Below are positions 35,790 through 47,855 of a DNA stretch of 64,000 bases, in pieces (the first letter of the stretch is position 1; each line of letters begins with the position of its first letter). The translations under genes were made by a program, and so were the position numbers. The stretch is from Squalus acanthias (taxonomy: Eukaryota), in contig CM059432.1 in NCBI GenBank assembly GCA_030390025.1, forward strand, positions 118,360,001-118,424,000, given 5' to 3'. Below the pieces are notes generated by a model that worked only from the letters and a program-made list of their open reading frames with translations, searched no databases and had not been told where the DNA came from.

Positions 35790-36621
35790 ACCTGCAGCAG
35801 CCAGCACTTCAAGGAACAAAATGGAAATGAATCTGCAGAGGGGACAGGGCCCCTTTAAATAATCAGTGTAACATCGCGTCATCAGACGTGAGCAACTGAC
35901 CCGCACCCAGCAACTGTCTTGAAGAACCCGCACGTCGGCCTTAACGAGGCCAATCAACGCAAAATTTCAACTGTAGGGTGGCGGGAACTGGGAGTGGGTC
36001 CGGAACCCGCCCAACAGCGGACCCGCCACCATCCCGCCTCCAGGCGCAAAATCGCGGCAATGAATGAATGAGCTTCAGCCTGAATTTAACATATGCAGTA
36101 GCTGAATTACTAGAGAATGATCCTGGATGCAAAATATGACAATGCTCCATTTGTCAACACCAACATCCCTCTATCTGATGAGCCCAAAAGGAATAAATCT
36201 CCTTAAAAAATCCTTGTTTGAGACAACAACAACTGCACCAGTAATGTATGGCTGTGAGTGTAATCTCCAATGGGCAGCTGATTTCCTTCGGGGGTCAGTG
36301 GGTACATGTTTAATATGTACATATGTTCATTTAGATAAAGGTATCAGTACTTAAACTGAATCTTCCATTAATTGATTGTTGGTTCCCCAACTTACTAAAG
36401 TCAGTACACAGCATAGCCGTCCTGTTTTAAAACTAGCAAAATGTTCCTAAGAATTCTGATTGGCAGCTGCTTTTGTTTTCCTACAAGATCTTTTTAACCT
36501 TCAAATCAGAACTTTCAAATCTTTGATAAATCTGCCAACAGAATGTTTCATTGTTGTTGTTCTTTAAACCAGTCAAGATTGAATTATTTCCTTAACTTGA
36601 TGCTAGTGCTATTCTTATTGC

Positions 36622-37668
36622 ATGGTTCTGGTGGTTGGAGGTCAATCATCACAGCCCCAGGACATCGCTGCAGGAGTTCCTCAGGGCAGTGTCCTAGGCC
36701 CGACCATCTTCAGCTGCTTCATCAATGATCTTCCCTCCAACATAAGGTCAGAAATGGGGATGTTCGCTGATGACTGCACAGTGTTCAGTGACATTCGCAA
36801 CTCCTCAGATAATGAAGCAGTCCTTGCCCGCATGCAACAAGACCTGGACGACGTTCAGGCTTGGGCTGATAAGTGGCAGGTAACATTCGCGCCACACAAG
36901 TGCCAGGCAATGGTTATCTCCAACAAGCGAGAGTCTAACCACCGCCCATTGACATTCAACAGCATTACCATTGCTGAATCCCTCACCATCAACATCCTGG
37001 GGGTCACCATTGACCAGAAACTTAACTGGACCAGCCACATAAATACTGTGGCAACAAGAGCAGGTCAGAGGCTAGGTATTCTGCGGTGAGTGTCTCACCT
37101 CCTGACTCCCCAATGCCTTTCCACCATCTACAAGGCACAAGTCAGGAGTATCATGGAATACTCTCCACTTGCCTGGATGAGTGCAGCTCCAACAACACTC
37201 AAGAAGCTCGACGCCATCCAGGACAAAGCAGCCCGCTTGATTGGCACCCTATCCACCACCTTAAACATTCACTCCCTCCACCATTGGCGTACCGTGGCTG
37301 CAGTGTGTACCATCTACAAAATGCACAGCAGCAACTCGCCAAGGCTTCTTCGGCAACACCTCCCAAACCCGCGACCTCTACCACCTAGAAGGACAAGGGC
37401 AGCAGGTGCATGGGAACACCACCACCTCCAAGTTCCCCTCCAAGTCACACACCATCCTGACTTGGAAGTATATCGCCATTCCTTCATCGTCGCTGGGTCA
37501 AATTCCTGGTACTTCCTCTCTAACAGCACTGTGGTAATACCTTCACCACACAGACTGCAGTGTTTCAAGAAAGCAGCTCACCACCACCTTCTCAAGGGCA
37601 ATTAGGGAGGGGCAATAAATGCTGGCCTTGCCAGTGACGTCCACATCCCATGAATGATAAAATAAAAA
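36622..37668 (+). mobile_element. LINE family B 3' fragment
   Basis: GVPQGSVLGP, MFADDC, C-terminus HHHLLKGN and the 3' tail. Confidence 0.9.
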
Positions 37669-38283
37669 TGTAGATTTGTGCTGTGGAGTAAAAATATTAC
37701 ACCTTTACCCTCTAATGTTCAAATTACGTAGCAATGTTGCAACTGTATGTTTGCTTCATTTCATCCACCTTATGAACTTTTCATCAATGGGGGGCTGAAT
37801 GCAAATATAATAAGCATTATATCCTCCCAATTCATTGCCATAATATAATTCACATCCAGGATACAAATTTAGGAATTCTGACCAGCTCCCTATCTTTCTG
37901 TTATAATTTGTTTGTTTCGAAATTACCAAAACTTTGCTAGTTTGTCCTTATCTCTCAACTGAACATCTGTCAGCTAGATTTATCTGTGTAGAGCAATTCC
38001 TCGATTTTGCTTTTGAAACAGATTTTTAAAAAATCTCCTTTACAGAGGGGTTACTGACCCAATTTGCCTTTAAGTATTGTTTTTATATGTTATTCGTTGT
38101 GACATTCCTCTAATCTGAGATAGAGGCCGAAGGAAATTGTTTCTTTATCTCAATTGAGTTAAAAGGTTAAGAAGCATATTACTCAAATAGAATTTGTTAT
38201 TAACTGTTTCTGAACTAGCTAGTGGAATCTCTATACTTGTGAGTTTACTTTGGTGAAGATTTGTACTATCTCAGTTAAAGATG

Positions 38284-38735
38284 AAAGACAGACTTGCAGT
38301 TATATAGCACCTTGTCACATTTCTCAGCTATCTCTCAAAATGCTTTGGATGCAATGAATTACTTTGAGATGCTGTGGTATAGTTATGTAGGAAAATGCAC
38401 ATAGCAAGATCCCACAAACAGCAATGAGATGCATAACAAGGTCATCATTATTTGGTGATGTTGATTGAGGAATCTACGTTGACCAGTATACCAAAAGATC
38501 TCCCTGCTCTTCTTCAAATAGGGCCATTGGATCTTTAACACCTATCTGAATCACCTGAATAGCAGACAGGACATCAATTTAACATCTCATTTGAAGGTAC
38601 TTCTGACACTGCAGCACACTCTCAATAGTGCACTGGAGTCTCAGCCTAGATCATGCTCTGAAGCCCTGGATTCCACAACCTTCTGACACAGAGGCAAGAG
38701 TGTTACCAACTGAACCAAGTTCACATTTGCAGGCC
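38284..38735 (-). mobile_element. Degenerate SINE (DeuSINE/SacSINE1-like)
   Basis: Colinear with 42996-43345. The family name is from recall only. Confidence 0.6.
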
Positions 38736-41499
38736 TTTCTTTTAAGTCTATCTTTTAACAGTCATGCATTATTTTCAGTGATGCATGGATATTGCAGGTA
38801 TTGCTATATCATTCTAATTTTGAGCAATCATGCAGGTCTTTGCCAAGCTTTAACCTTGTTGTACTAGTTTGGCCCGATTGATTGCATTCATTTGTGTTCA
38901 GTAAACCAAACTGGTTGCACAGATCCTACAAATTTACTGCCTTCATATTTTATTGTTAACTTCAAGATTAGAAAAGTATTTTACTTTTGATGAATAATTA
39001 CAACTAAATATCAATGTATAATGAAGCAATCTAAATTGCAGAAAGCTGGTCCAGTATCTAGAAACCATATGCCTTTATGTCTATTATGATTACAGTTCTC
39101 CTATTTCCAAAATCTAAATCACATTCAATAAACAGGTCCATCTGGTACTAATACTATCTCAGATACTCAATACTTCCTTGTGGTTTTTTTTAACTAGCTA
39201 AAGAGTGAAATCTTGCCATATGTAACATTCCATCAATCTTGTTGATTTAAAGTATCCTACACTTTGTTTACTCTACTCCATAAAACACCAAATAAAATCT
39301 TTACGAGACTGCAACTGTTTTCATTTTAAAGCCTTCAAAAGAGCCAGAGCCAGCACAAAACTGCATGTCACTCTCATTGACTATGCATCGAACAAGACTT
39401 CATTAACAGCCCTTCTGCCAACTGCAGCATCTCATCCTTCAGTGCACCCGCTATTCATTCGCCAAACAAATTCCTGTCCCAGTCTGTGTAGGAATCGATT
39501 TGCCCTGTCACTGACGGATGATTACAGGAAAGATGGAGTGATGAGTCAGTCCCTGAAAATAGTCAACGCAGGCTTTCACGGTGTTTGCTGATACATGGGC
39601 CCTCTGGGGATATAGCCAATAGCAGAGCAGCATGCATTGCCAATAACAGTGCAGCACTGTCTTGCCAAAAGAGAAATGCGACTAAATTCTCAGGCAGAAC
39701 ATTTGCGTTGATTTTGCTTCATATGTAATCACCCTCAGCACTGTGTCACCTTAACCCTAATGAGAGCTGAAGTATTACTGTCAAAATGAAATGCCCACTA
39801 AGTTCAACACCAACCAGATGTATCCTTTCCCTAACGGGCCTGGAGGAGCACTCCTGCTCCTCCAGGCTCACAGGGAAAAGTAAAAAAAATTAAGTGACTT
39901 ACTTTTGTGGAACTCTTTTGGCCTCGCGCCTGTTTGCCGCCAGCTTTCACTGATGGCTCTGGCATTGGGCTCGGCAGTTCGTGATCGGCAGTTAAAGTTG
40001 CTTGGGGATCTGAATGAAATCATTAATGACGCACCCACTTCACCACCCCCCGCCTGCCTATAGTTAACCCAGTAGTTAAAATAGCGTTGGGGCAGGAACA
40101 GTGCGGCAAGTACATGCGCTCGATTTTAAACCCTCGCACACCCCATTTTCACCCAGCAGGGTGGGATAAAATCATCCCCATTGGGCCTGTATCAATATCA
40201 AAGAAAGGAATGGCTTAAAATATGTAAATAGTGAATGGTTAATTATGTGGCAATGACCGCGCCTTGCTCATCATTTAGGAACGTCAATGTGTGTTCAGAT
40301 TTTCTGTACATTAGTTGCATAAACTTTTGCTGTGAATGTGTTGTTTTATACTGGGCTCTGCCTTCACCATATGGTTCATGCTGAGCTTGTGAATTGCTAA
40401 AGCAAATTTCAGTCCTACCATTTATCCTTTGTATAAACCATTCCTGGATTTGTATAGCCATTATCACTAGTTGTTTAATTAGAAGGATCCAGCTGTCCTT
40501 ATTTTCCAACCATCTGCCTACCTTTTTATGGCTTTTTAATTATCCTTAACAGATCTGGAGATCCCAGGGAAGAAGTAGCAACTCCCAGCCCCAACCTACC
40601 TGCTGTATGTCAAATAAGCAAGATACTGGTTCTGCTCTCCAATATTCTGCTTGAATACTCCATGGAGTGAGGAAGGTGCTCTCGTGATGATATTATGTTA
40701 CAAGTACCTGTTTGACACCACTACCTGCTTTAGAGGAGATGAGCAAACAGCACAGAGTTATATTGTTGGTTCAGCATCCATCTCTGCAAAAAGATAGAAA
40801 AGTTTATATTCATGTACTCATCAGCATCCAAATAGGGGTTGCATGCAAAACTTTTAATGAAGAATCAATGGGACAATCAGAACTTTGATGGCATGGAACA
40901 GTTTAAGGACTAAATTTGAAATGTTTGCTTCAGTTGCATTTAAGCTGTAGACAATGTGGAACCCAAGCAGGATGAGTCTAACGCCTGGAGATGATCTCAC
41001 GCTGAATCTCATAATTCAATGCGTCACCAGTTCGGTAATTTTACTCCCCGTTTGTACTGCAGTTTTGTGTTGGTGCAACATGAAAACTATTGTATTCATG
41101 GAAATACCGCATTACAGCTGGGCCACCTGTCATCCCAGTAAGATGAAGTTGCCTGTGAAAGGTAATTCATCTACCTAGGATAATGATTATATATGCAGCT
41201 GACAAAGGCAGAAGCCTCTGGTGCCTAACTTAGCTGATTACACTGTCCAAGGGAATGTGTCCCTTCTGCACGAAGGACAGGCTCCTTAACACGTCCAGCT
41301 CCCTGGAGATCTGTTCCCTCTTGTTTTGTCTAACAGAACTTTACTTGGCTCACTGTGCAAACATACAAAGGTCCAAAGAAGGGAAGGGGAGAACTGGATA
41401 ACAAAGAAATGTATGTTCTTCATTGTATAAAATCAGCTAAATTAAGGCCTGTGATTTGACGAGCTGGTAACTAACCTGATTTATGTTAGCAGCAAACTA

Positions 41500-42260
41500 A
41501 GGATATAATATTCGTTTGAGAAATGTCGCACCCAAATCAAGGTGCCCTTGGAAACACAAGTGGTGGATGGGGGAGGGAGGGGACCTTAAAATGCTCTGTA
41601 TAATGGGTTCTGTTTTAAAATAAGATTTTTTTCCGTCTTTGACAGGATTGGGATGTGAAACAAATGTTGTTCTATTAAAGGGAAACACCTCAAAGAATAA
41701 AAGGTGGGGTAAGGGGCATTCTAAATTAGAAAATCGATAAATGTAGAAGTGGGTGCATAATGCACAGTGCACCCTGCCCTGCCCACAAGTAGCAGAAATG
41801 TTTCCAATGGATCCATTGGATTCAAGGGCCACCAAGTACATTGGTCCCAGCTCAGTGGTAACATAAATATTAAAAGATCGGCCGAAACAGACTAATATGA
41901 TAAGGCATGTTCTCAGCACTTTTCAAGTAGGAGGAAAATAAAGGATGATTTGCAGAGAGATCAAAAAACAGTTGTTGGGGAATAGATCAATTGAATTCCG
42001 ATAACATGTTCAAGATTGCCAGAAACTCTAAAGCCAGGGGACAAGGACTCAAGCTTAGAAGAGCGAAGGTGCACAAACTGTTTGGATTTGATTACTTTTC
42101 ACAGAGTGGTGAACACGCGGAATGAGCTGTCCGGCTAGGCAGTGCAGACAGACAGTGTGGAAAGACTAAAGGGAGGATTGGATGAGTGAGCAATGAGTGA
42201 GGTAATAGTTTTGGGGGTTAGCCAGAAAGACTGCAGAGTCTTTTCTGGCCTGATACCTTT
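41500..42260 (+). mobile_element. Ancient CR1-like LINE fragment
   Basis: Degenerate CR1 3' motifs, e.g. TTTTCACAGAGTGGTGAAC..GGAATGAGCTG (FSQRVVN.WN.L). Confidence 0.45.
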
Positions 42261-42995
42261 CCATGTTCCTATTGTCCTAAGGTTTAGGAAAAGTCAAGCA
42301 TTGATCTGGGCATGCACCTTGTTGTCAGTGTACGACAACAATCTCTTCATCCTGCTGCCTGTTTATCCTGTTTGCGCAGTCAGGGTAAAGACATTTTCAG
42401 GTGCAGTGCTTATCTCTCTGGTACATGCACTGGTTGTACATTCTACTTGTTGTACTAACCAGCAAGCAATTTTTTACCTGCCCCTGTACATTTTAACATG
42501 GGCTGGTGAGCACAGAATTAGAAAAACCCGTCATTATGTTCTGCTTTTCTATTCAGAAAAGAAAAAAGATGGTAAGAAACGGTGGAGATTTACCTTTATA
42601 ACATTCACATTGAACATCTCCAATTGAGAAGTTAATTATTACAAGCTTTGGTATTCTAGGAAGGGTGGCCAGGCCCAGAAAACGGGATACATTTAAGAAA
42701 CAGTTGGATATTGAAATGGGAAGATGATAAGGTTGGTATTCTGGAATGCTGAGATCAAGTGAGCTACAGGGCCTTACTATTCTGAACATACCTTTGATCT
42801 TGTGACCTGATCTATGTGCTCTCCACGTACAATAGGTGAAATTCAGTGATCCTGCACTTCCTAGCGACAGGCTCAGTTGAAAGGAGCTCAGGTTGGAGAA
42901 ACAGTTCTGCAGTGTTGTAGCCCTATATCTGACCCATGCTGCTTTTGAGTGTGGCGCCCTGCCAAGGGCCCAGATTGCTGAATTTACTCAGAAAA

Positions 42996-43345
42996 ACAAG
43001 AAAGACTTGCATTTATATAGCGACTTTCATGACCTCTGGACATCCCAAATGACAGCCAATGAAGTACTTTTGAAGTGCAGTCACTGTTGTAATGTAGGAA
43101 ATGCAGCAGCCAATTTGCGCACAGCAAGCTCCCATAAACAACAATATGATAATGACCAGATAATCTGTTTTTAGTATGTTGATTGAGGGATAAATATTGG
43201 CCCCAGGACACCGGGGATAACTCCTCTCCTCTTCTTCAAAATAGTGCCATGGGATCTTTTACGTCCACCTGAGAGAGCAGACGGGGTCTCGGATTAACAT
43301 CTCATCCGAAAGACAGCACCTCAGACAATGCAGCACTCCCTCAGC
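42996..43345 (-). mobile_element. SINE (DeuSINE/SacSINE1-like)
   Basis: Minus strand has the GGCACTATTTTGAAGAAGAG core and a GCTATATAAATGCAAGTCTTTCTT tail. A second copy is at 38284. Confidence 0.7.
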
Positions 43346-43683
43346 ATTGCCCTGGAGTGTCAAATTAAAAGTTAAAATACATCTGCATATACTGGTTGAC
43401 ATGAATCTTGTCATTCATGTGGAAATGACTTATGAAATAATACTGGGCAGCCTGCTGGTGGCGCAGTCCAGGGAGAGTATAAATACTCGGGCATGGGCCC
43501 AGCTTGCTCAGGACATTCTTTAACAGGAACTAGTAAAGGACACAACTAGACCTCCATGTTGAAAAACAGCTGATTAAAGCTTTGTTTAATGCTTAGACCA
43601 AGTGCCTAGTAGTTTTCTTACGTCACTGGTGACCTGCTGTTTTCAGTTAACAATAACATATTTACAAATTCATAAATAAGACT

Positions 43684-44440
43684 AGGGTTTCAACCACCAA
43701 AATCAGGTGGATTGGGGTTGGGTGAGATGTTGAAACTTTAAAAATCTCAAACCCGACCCTAACCCACCCACTTCTATGTTTAATGGAGGCGGCACAGGGG
43801 GTGGGCAGCCAACCTGCTCCCAGGAGGCGGGTTGTCCATTTAAATATTATAATGAGGCCGGGAGCCTCACATTTAAGATCCCTTACAGATTTAACCCTGG
43901 CCGGACGGGCTACCAGGCTTCGGGAAACCCAACAGCTAAAGGGAGGCGAGGACAGCTTCGGGGAGAAGATAATTGTGGGCCAGGAGAAGCAAGAGTACTC
44001 CCACTCAACCCACAAGCTTACCTGCTTCCAAGGGATTGGACTTCCCCTCTCCCCCCATTAGATACCCCCCATCAAAGACACACACCCGATCGGGGATCGG
44101 ACACACCGGGATCAGGGATCAGACCCTCACCCTGGGGTTGGGGATCACACCCACCCCGCCCCCCCCCCCCCCCCCCCCCCGGCCCCCATGCTCCCATTAG
44201 CAGCTGCAGGCTCCTTAACTGGGGCTGCGGCCTGCTCCAGAGTGCTCCCTGCCCGACTGGAAGCTAAGCCTGTCAATTAGGCTAACTTCCAGGCGGGGAT
44301 CCTGTCAAAGAAAAGTGGCACGCTGTCGAGGTAAAATTCCACAGCATGTGGAGAAGCCTGGACTTCCGGTTTCCTGACCGCACCCGTCCCCCCAGCCCCC
44401 ACCACGCCTACGCAACCCGCCCCTGACAATATCAGGGCCT
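43684..44440. mobile_element. Probable GC-rich MITE
   Basis: GGCGGG/CCCGCC-rich ends like the other Harbinger MITEs, but the TIRs are degenerate. Confidence 0.4.
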
Positions 44441-44799
44441 AAGACTGAAATCTGCTTATTTTACTTCTTTCAACGATGATTTGATGCCTTAAAGACAATT
44501 TAGTGCTTTGTCTGTCAACACACCGATTGCTATTGCCAATATGCATTGATTATATGACTCCCGTAAGACCTAACTGGGCACAGGTTATTTATTGATGTCA
44601 TTATTACTCCTGCAGAATTAATGTTGGTTAAATCCCTGCCAGGAGTAACACATTTTATCTACATATTTTTGTATATTTGTGATTTTCATCAAATAAAGGT
44701 TGGTGATAAGTTACTGTCACAGGAGGGAATTAAAAGTGAAGTGATAATACTGACAAATAGCTCTGTATACATTACAAAAGAAATAGTGTTGACAATAAA

Positions 44800-45622
44800 T
44801 GAAATTCAACACAGATAAATGTGAGGTATTACATTTTGGTAAGAAAAATAAGGATGTCACATACTAGGAAAATCTGAATCTAAAAGGGGTAGAGGAGCAA
44901 AGGGATTTCGGAGTACAAATACACAAATCAATAAAAGTAGCGACGCAGGTTAACCAGGCCATAAAAAACACAAACCAAGCACTAGGGTTTATTTCTAGAG
45001 GGATTGAATTGAAAAGTAGAGAAGTTATGCTGAACTTGTATTGAACCTTGGTTAGACCACACTTGGAGTACTGCGTACAATTCTGGTCGCCATATTATAA
45101 AAAGGATATAGAGGCACTGGAGAGGGTGCAAAAAAGATTTATAAGAATGATACCAGAAATGCGAGGTTATACCTATTTGGAAAGGTTGAACAGGCTGGGT
45201 CTCTTTTCTCTTGAAAAGAGAAGGCTGAGGGGTGACCTAATAGAGGTCTTTAAAATTATGAAAGGTTTTGATAGAGTGGATACAGAGAGAATGTTTCCAC
45301 TTGTGGGGAAGAGCAAAACTGGAGGCCATCAATATAAGATAGTCACCAAGAAATCCAATTGGGAATTTAGAAGAAACTTCTTTACCCAGAGAGTGTTGAG
45401 AATGTGGAACTCGCTACCACAGGGAGTGATTGAGGTGAATAGTATAGATGCATTTAAGGGGTAATTATATAAGCATATGAGGGAGAAGGGAATAGAGGGT
45501 TATGCTGATAGATTTAGATAAGGAAAGATGGGAGGAGGCTCGAGTGGACCATAAATGTCGGCATGGACTGGTTGGGCTGAATGGCCTATTTCTGTGCTGT
45601 ATATCCTATGCAATCCTATGTA
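44800..45622 (+). mobile_element. CR1 LINE 3' fragment
   Basis: VRPHLEYCVQFWSP...FFTQRV motifs and a CCTATG-type tail. Confidence 0.9.
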
Positions 45623-45802
45623 AAACAATTGCTTCTTCAAAATCTATGGCTGCAGTTATACTGATATTTTCACCATGTGCAAAGTGGTTTTAGGTACACA
45701 ATGGCAGGAAAGTGTCAGAATAACTTGGTACAAAAGCAAAATACTGTGGATGCTGGAAATCTGAAATAAAAACAGAAAATGCTGGAAATACTCAGCAGGT
45801 CA

Positions 45803-46541
45803 CTTTGGGAAAGGGGGAAGTGCAACGAGACCTGGGAGTCCTTGTGCACCAGTCGTTGAAGGTAAGCATGCAGGTGCAGCAGGCGGTTAAGAAGGCAAAA
45901 GGTTTGTCGGCCTTCATAGCGAGAGGATTCGAGTACAGGAGCAAGGATGTCTTGCTGCAGTTGTACAAGGCCTTGGTGAGACCACACCTTGAGTATTGTG
46001 TGCAGTTTTGGTCACCTTTTCTGAGGAAGGATGTTCTCGCCATGGAGGGAGTGCAGCGAAGATTCACCAGACTGATACCTGGGATGGCAGGAATGACGTA
46101 CGAAGAGATTGGGACGATTGGGCTTGTATTCGCTAGAGTTTAGAAGAATGAGAGGGGATCTCATTGAAACTTATAAAATTCTAACAGGACTAGACAGACT
46201 AGATGCAGGAAGGGTGTTCTCGATGGTGGGGGAGTCCAGAACCAGGGGTCACAGTCTAAGGATAAGGGGTAAGCCATTTAGGACTGAGATGAGAGGAATT
46301 TCTTCACCCAGAGAGTGATGAACCTGTGGAATTCTCTACCACAGAAGGCAGTTGAGGCCAATTCATTAAATATATTCAAGAAGGAGTTAGATATATTTCT
46401 TAAGGCTAAAGGGATCAAGGGATATGGGGAGAAGGCAGGGACAGGGTACTGAGTTTGGATGATCAGCCATGATCTCATTAAATGGCGGAGCAGGCTCGAG
46501 GGGCCGAATGGCCTACTCCTGCTCCTATCTTCTGTTTATAT
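45803..46541 (+). mobile_element. CR1 3' fragment inserted in the Penelope pseudo-LTR
   Basis: RT C-terminus in ORFs 45805..46143 and 46109..46318. GTCA is duplicated at 45799-45802 and 46542-46545. Confidence 0.9.
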
Positions 46542-46571
46542 GTCAGGCAGCATCAGTGGAGCGAGAAACAG

Positions 46572-46608
46572 AGTTAACGTTTCAGGTCGATGACCTTTCA
46601 TCAGAACT
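46572..46608 (-). ncRNA. Minimal hammerhead ribozyme (second Penelope family)
   Basis: Minus strand AGTT-CTGATGA-AAGGTC-ATC-GACCT-GAAA-CGTT-AACT. Confidence 0.85.
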
Positions 46609-47697
46609 GGAAAAAGTTAGAGATGTAACAGGTTTGAAGCAAGTGCAGGGAAAGGGGGAGGATAGAACAAAAGGGAAGATCAGTGATAGGGTGGAAGGCA
46701 GGAGAGATTAAATGACAAAAGGGATGATGGTGCAAGGAGATGGTAATGGGACAAATAAAGTGACCAAAAGATGGGTCCAGAAAAGGTGCAACTGGGAATA
46801 GCAGAAACATCAATACCTACCGTCCGAAAAAATGGGGCAGAGGTTATGATCTGAAATTGTTGAACTCAGTTTTGAGTCTGGAAGGCTATAAAATGCCTAA
46901 TTGAAAGATGAGGTGCTGTTCCTCGAGCTTCCGATGAGCTTCATTAGAACAGTGTAGGAGATCAAGGATAGAGAGGTCAGAGTGTGAGTGGGGCGGAGAA
47001 TTAAAATAACAAGTGACCAGAAGCTCAGGGTCATGCTTGCGGACTTAATGGAGATGTTCCGCAAAGTGATCACCCAATCTGCGTTTGGCCTCTCCACAAC
47101 GTGAACAGTGAATACAGTATACTAAATTGAAAGAAGTACAAGTAAATCGCTGTTTCACCTGAAAGGAGTGTTTTGGGCCCTGGATGGTGGGAAGGGAGGA
47201 GGTAAACGGGCAGGTGTTGTATCTCCTGTGCTTACATGGGAAGCTGCTGTAGGAAGGGGAAAGGGTGTTGGGGGTGATTGAAGAGTGGACCAGAGTGGCG
47301 CAGAGGGAACGGTGCCTTCAGAATGCTGAAAGGGGGGGGGCAGATGTGTTTGGTGGTGGCATCATGCTGGAGATGGTGGAGGATGATCCGTTGAATGTGA
47401 AGGCTGTTGGGGCGGAAGGTGAGGACAAGGGAAAGTATTTTGTGGTTCTGGGAGGGAGGGGAAGGGGTGAGAGCAGAGGTGCGGGAAATGGAACAGACAC
47501 GCTCAAGGGGCATGTCAACTACGGTGGAGGGAATCCTCGGTCGAGGAAAAAGGAAGACATATTGGAAGCACTGGTATGGAAGGTGGCATAGTCAGAACAG
47601 ATATGATGGAGACGGAGAAACTGGGAGAATGGAAAAGAGCCCTTACAGGAAGCAGGGTGGGAGGAAGTGTAATCAAGGTAGCTGTGGGAGTCAATAC

Positions 47698-47855
47698 ATA
47701 GCAGGTAGAATATATAGCAGATAAAATATATAGCAGATAAAACATATAACAGATAGAACATGTAGAAGATAGAACATTTAGAAGATAGAATATATAAAAG
47801 ATAGAACAGGTAGAATATATAGAAGATAGAATATATAGAAGATAGATTATATAGC
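47698..47855. repeat. Imperfect ~17-bp AT/purine-rich tandem repeat
   Basis: ATATATAG(C/A)AGATAGA-like units at the Penelope 5' truncation point. Confidence 0.75.

Larger units (their letters stand above)
24119..36059. mobile_element. PIF/Harbinger element (Myb-bearing) probably split by a nested CR1 stack (24273-33483)
   Basis: Left end GGCCGGAATTTT (24119) and right end AAAATCGCGGC (36048-36058). Myb gene at 33911-35789. No matching TSD, so the link between the two halves is inferred. Confidence 0.5.
45733..47697 (-). mobile_element. 5'-truncated Penelope-like retroelement (RT C-terminus, GIY-YIG endonuclease remnant, pseudo-LTR), split by a CR1
   Basis: DSHSYLDYTSSHP...PFSQFLRL..ICS (47519..47977 frame). 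NLVYCIHCSRC/GEAKRRLGDHFAEH at ~47050-47135, with the YIG segment deleted. Hammerhead in the pseudo-LTR. Confidence 0.9.
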
